A stretch of DNA of 64,000 nucleotides from a virus (Duplodnaviria; Caudoviricetes), in the IMG/VR virus record IMGVR_UViG_3300011113_000415; one strand, written 5' to 3'. The notes below the pieces were generated by a model, which was not told the origin of the DNA, did not search any database, and saw nothing but the letters and a program-made list of their open reading frames with translations. Numbering within the stretch: position 1 is the first letter of the stretch; the number at the start of each line of letters is the position of its first letter. This document shows, one piece after another, positions 63,601 through 64,000 of the stretch. The translations under genes and the position numbers were made by a program.

Positions 63601-64000
63601 ATGATGATTGGGGGTCACAAGTTCTCATGATAACTTTGCCTGCAGGAACGCCGGCGGGCAGTGTTAAAAAAGTCAGTGAGTATCCGGATGAGAATGAAAT
63701 ATTGTTGCCCAGAGGCATGGATATAGAAATTAATCCACGTCCTACTGTGCTCAAGGGTGGTGATTTTGTTTGGCATGCACAGGCATTAGGGCATAATCCG
63801 GTACAGATTGCTCCTCCTATGCAGGAAAACGTTGCTGATGAATCTCTCACTGAGATTGCGCCCATGCCAGCCCATCACTTCGCCGGTGGTAAAGCCATGC
63901 TGGACTACATGCCACCACCCACGAAAAAACACCTCAAGCCCTTGCCCGGTGGCACAGATCTCATGTATGCCATTGGACCAGAAACTCGAGTGCAGATTGT
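57603..64000 (+). CDS. Giant polyvalent protein (>2130 aa, 3'-truncated): Pol-beta NTase, HExxH zincin, amidoligase, repeats, Arr-like ART, VIP2-like ART
   Basis: Manual translation found no stop; GSN...DID...ELY (57795-57960), HEFTH (58557), GMEFE/GLEFVSP/TGLHINIS/IEFRS (59304-60400), WHGS...VYAT (about 62590-62690), YTSTT...ENEILLPRG (63489-63716); TAAATA 57592-57597. Confidence 0.85.
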   Translation, partial: MNLHELDRYKLSDAVKFNARLNPRLWGKDEHLKPQVRDALMKIADDFRESLGVKDLDLKDITLSGSNAAYTYTPNSDIDLHLVVDIPDDPVYRELFDAKKYAYNNQHNIKISGYDVELYVQDVDQPHVTQGEYSLIDNDWIQVPRRQRADVVDQSTRSKYQDLKQRIKAAIKTEDHDVMASLMAKIRQLRQSGLDQHGEFGPENLAFKMLRTQGYIQKLVDARNAAKDQELSIDERVKPRVTYGFATESKDSLSDTINQFARSCIDYLGIKKAPEIKLHTDTNWSEQTGSFGQYEPETNVLHLATSGRHTLDILRTMAHEFTHRKQAEKQKLPANAGETGSPYEDEANAMAGRIMRHWAEKHPEMFAHVPLEEASGYIPTKKQAKDPRFVMALTKDVRPGQTGKEANKLGLQTDAQGHPALLTARLNESLAVEDDRYGNQDPTGPESPPKMPDGTIKVDVSDIYDWYKIGQKISDLKSIDKKTLGKGPPSTVLAFGSEELENMYSNALINLGLKTHDLDEPGEEDRPGSGQDIDEALITETIDDALFEIKMSPSNLRQEAAKTGALAGMEFEMIVPNTEGGDDGDLEPDYDYDQRCRSIQDAYDFFYDGDFNGRRDVQNLREKMQEDYLEWLDEKIQEEWDSQGEEYIAEWVKNNVDESEWNPDDLEGDARNEALEEYSVNVHADPASRDYQSAYEEFREEHQEDYDESDWLDDADLSRMSEIENAYSMSWPHWRSQGGGEASIEDVAQEFENAIGRDVRASGNYHSGSVIRPSPTQIRYVVEPDGSLEPDDPNDQGLEFVSPPLPIDEILSDLNKVKQWAKEYGCYTNDSTGLHINISVPNYSRENLDFVKLALLMGDKYVLDAFGRSGNTYAKSAFDIVKRHVRDNPEEAAKLLDKMKGNLDQLATKAIHSGITSKYTSINTKDGHIEFRSPGGDWLDENFDQIENTLLRFTVAMSAALNPEMYRQEYLTKLYKLLSDGNKDVDTIKYFSDYVAGKIPRAALRSFVKQAQLERKLKRDPTGGERYWWRVYKEGRNAKNGAEIELVATSEQEAKDKAAKEWATTSTRGFDAVPVRPFDQTQSTGPTLNGRPSNPDGGWVISPENDRSRVVYRFAAASFDDANIVRRQWAADNDGVWIVQRDTNRTLGQPSSSQEQYRTGTYELFDRRTGEAVPDSEFPARNQSEMNTRLDDYINHGSHGMDTIDARLLFGVRPVVAPADEPGDVRVLDNALRPTGPGPWEIYNRATGNSAATLRVDGQPITDRAQAQRMAMGSIAAENYDRYGVRTIGTGSRANIGTQTDMENRLGLPSQSATANYAVVDRQTLDPVFRFHADDRRAANRMYGEWLAAAGLPQTTEDYGFQEIRPEIPEVPLDIEQNLPSRTDGRNIDYSFRDLFGTNATADQQQGGIVDVAPDVAQNFGGEFSGQWRILDGDTGTELFRFRSADPSQAEANRLARLWLQQNAPDSDFREIEVVPVMSEGIAEGSLEELANTSLKVKEPKNFVNTNDRKQVTYKVMKFKSGKDTYLINFTVKGPPAFGRKQNWNAVNVSFGVREPQDDYSFGDEINTDLTAKNKNQFLIYSTVINAIRKFITEYNTEIDEIIMQGAGERQEAMYQRFFQSAGKYFPGWHYDGKHSLVRDVPRQTGKKVREQGVTEGVNDYLWHGSKSKHDILYPQQANDTGGKKESNKNAVYATPSARVAIAMGLTTPGSDTGMFPNDPQMVLFKGGIRKGQMVYLHKVPKDLFIKHNDREWYSKPGVKEVKPIEVVTVPVDKWLHLIRQATPQDLELQKKNLKKQGIAESSTKNFVNGGYAKEFLGEYPSIETTLGEANDYTSHPDLVAYDKKLEKKLHRDIDVTQGQRKNLVPLDYDQEPEWSDVEYAQDYTGGSLDINDYLHRQYRKQTKPEEIKEFLKKIQALDRLLANHKLPQQIVVYTGLKQSPSDAWETYGADVSKPIRLHLPAYTSTTTRLKTALERVEDEVVQVPRARHKPRNKDAPKDDDDWGSQVLMITLPAGTPAGSVKKVSEYPDENEILLPRGMDIEINPRPTVLKGGDFVWHAQALGHNPVQIAPPMQENVADESLTEIAPMPAHHFAGGKAMLDYMPPPTKKHLKPLPGGTDLMYAIGPETRVQI
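60681..61979 (+). repeat. About six degenerate protein-level repeats in the giant ORF
   Basis: Unit [WY]-x-[IV]-x-[DN]-R-x-T-G-xn-F-x-A-xn-helix-W. Confidence 0.55.
62040..63008 (+). repeat. Three dispersed 18-bp in-frame linker repeats (62040, 62556, 62991)
   Basis: GAAGGTATAGCAGAAGGC / CAAGGTGTCACCGAAGGT / CAAGGTATAGCAGAAAGT, encoding EGIAEG, QGVTEG, QGIAES. Confidence 0.8.

Noticed and set aside
2949-63865. Long antisense or alternate-frame ORFs in the track (e.g. 2949-, 12011-, 17696-, 49880-, 54287-, 62582-, 63374-)
   Set aside because: They shadow well-supported genes, lack SD/promoter context and show no recognisable motifs.
1-64000. tRNA, rRNA, tmRNA or CRISPR array
   Set aside because: Intergenic gaps are short; I saw no cloverleaf with T-loop/CCA and no regularly spaced repeat-spacer pattern. 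A tRNAscan/Infernal run would be needed to exclude small RNAs fully.
1-64000. Stop-codon reassignment as in some large phages
   Set aside because: Recognisable genes are full length under the standard code, and TAA, TGA and TAG all end genes at expected positions (e.g. clamp loader ends TAG).

Overview
64 kb of a large lytic dsDNA tailed phage with T4-like regulation. It is gene-dense, mostly on the + strand, uses the standard code, and I found no tRNA, rRNA, CRISPR array or integrase. Two promoter classes recur: sigma70-type TTGACN-N17-TAYAAT/TATACT before small early genes, and a TAAATA late-type box before structural and head genes. 0-21 kb is an early/accessory region with many small ORFs, a family of about 9 short paralogues ending F-x4-DA-x2-F-x-L-(K/R)-W, a PBP-type D-Ala-D-Ala peptidase, NadE, SleB, GGCT, an ATE/Bpt-like transferase and a radical SAM enzyme. 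21-31 kb holds IF-1, SOD, ErpA, three virion proteins, a DnaE fragment, GroES and a cytidylyltransferase. 31-36 kb holds a clamp loader, a HAD phosphatase and PhoH. 36-46 kb holds modular head-type polyproteins and a methyltransferase/TctC/sulfotransferase-like/oxygenase/APS-kinase cluster. 44-55 kb holds spanins, a GH19 endolysin, an amidinotransferase, LamG proteins, a holin, DnaJ and ClpA. From 57603 to the window end there is one uninterrupted ORF of more than 2130 aa that is missing from the supplied ORF track. It carries Pol-beta nucleotidyltransferase, HExxH zincin, amidoligase, tandem-repeat, Arr-like ART and VIP2-like ART domains. The best candidate for an undescribed system is capsid-delivered effector polyproteins: domain cassettes joined by a conserved [EQ]G[VI][AT]E[GDS] linker that fits the T4 prohead-protease site and is also conserved as DNA, plus matching capsid-targeting-like N-termini, including one on the SOD. 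The TctC/Bug gene suggests a betaproteobacterial host (inference). All family assignments are from motif recognition by eye, not database searches.
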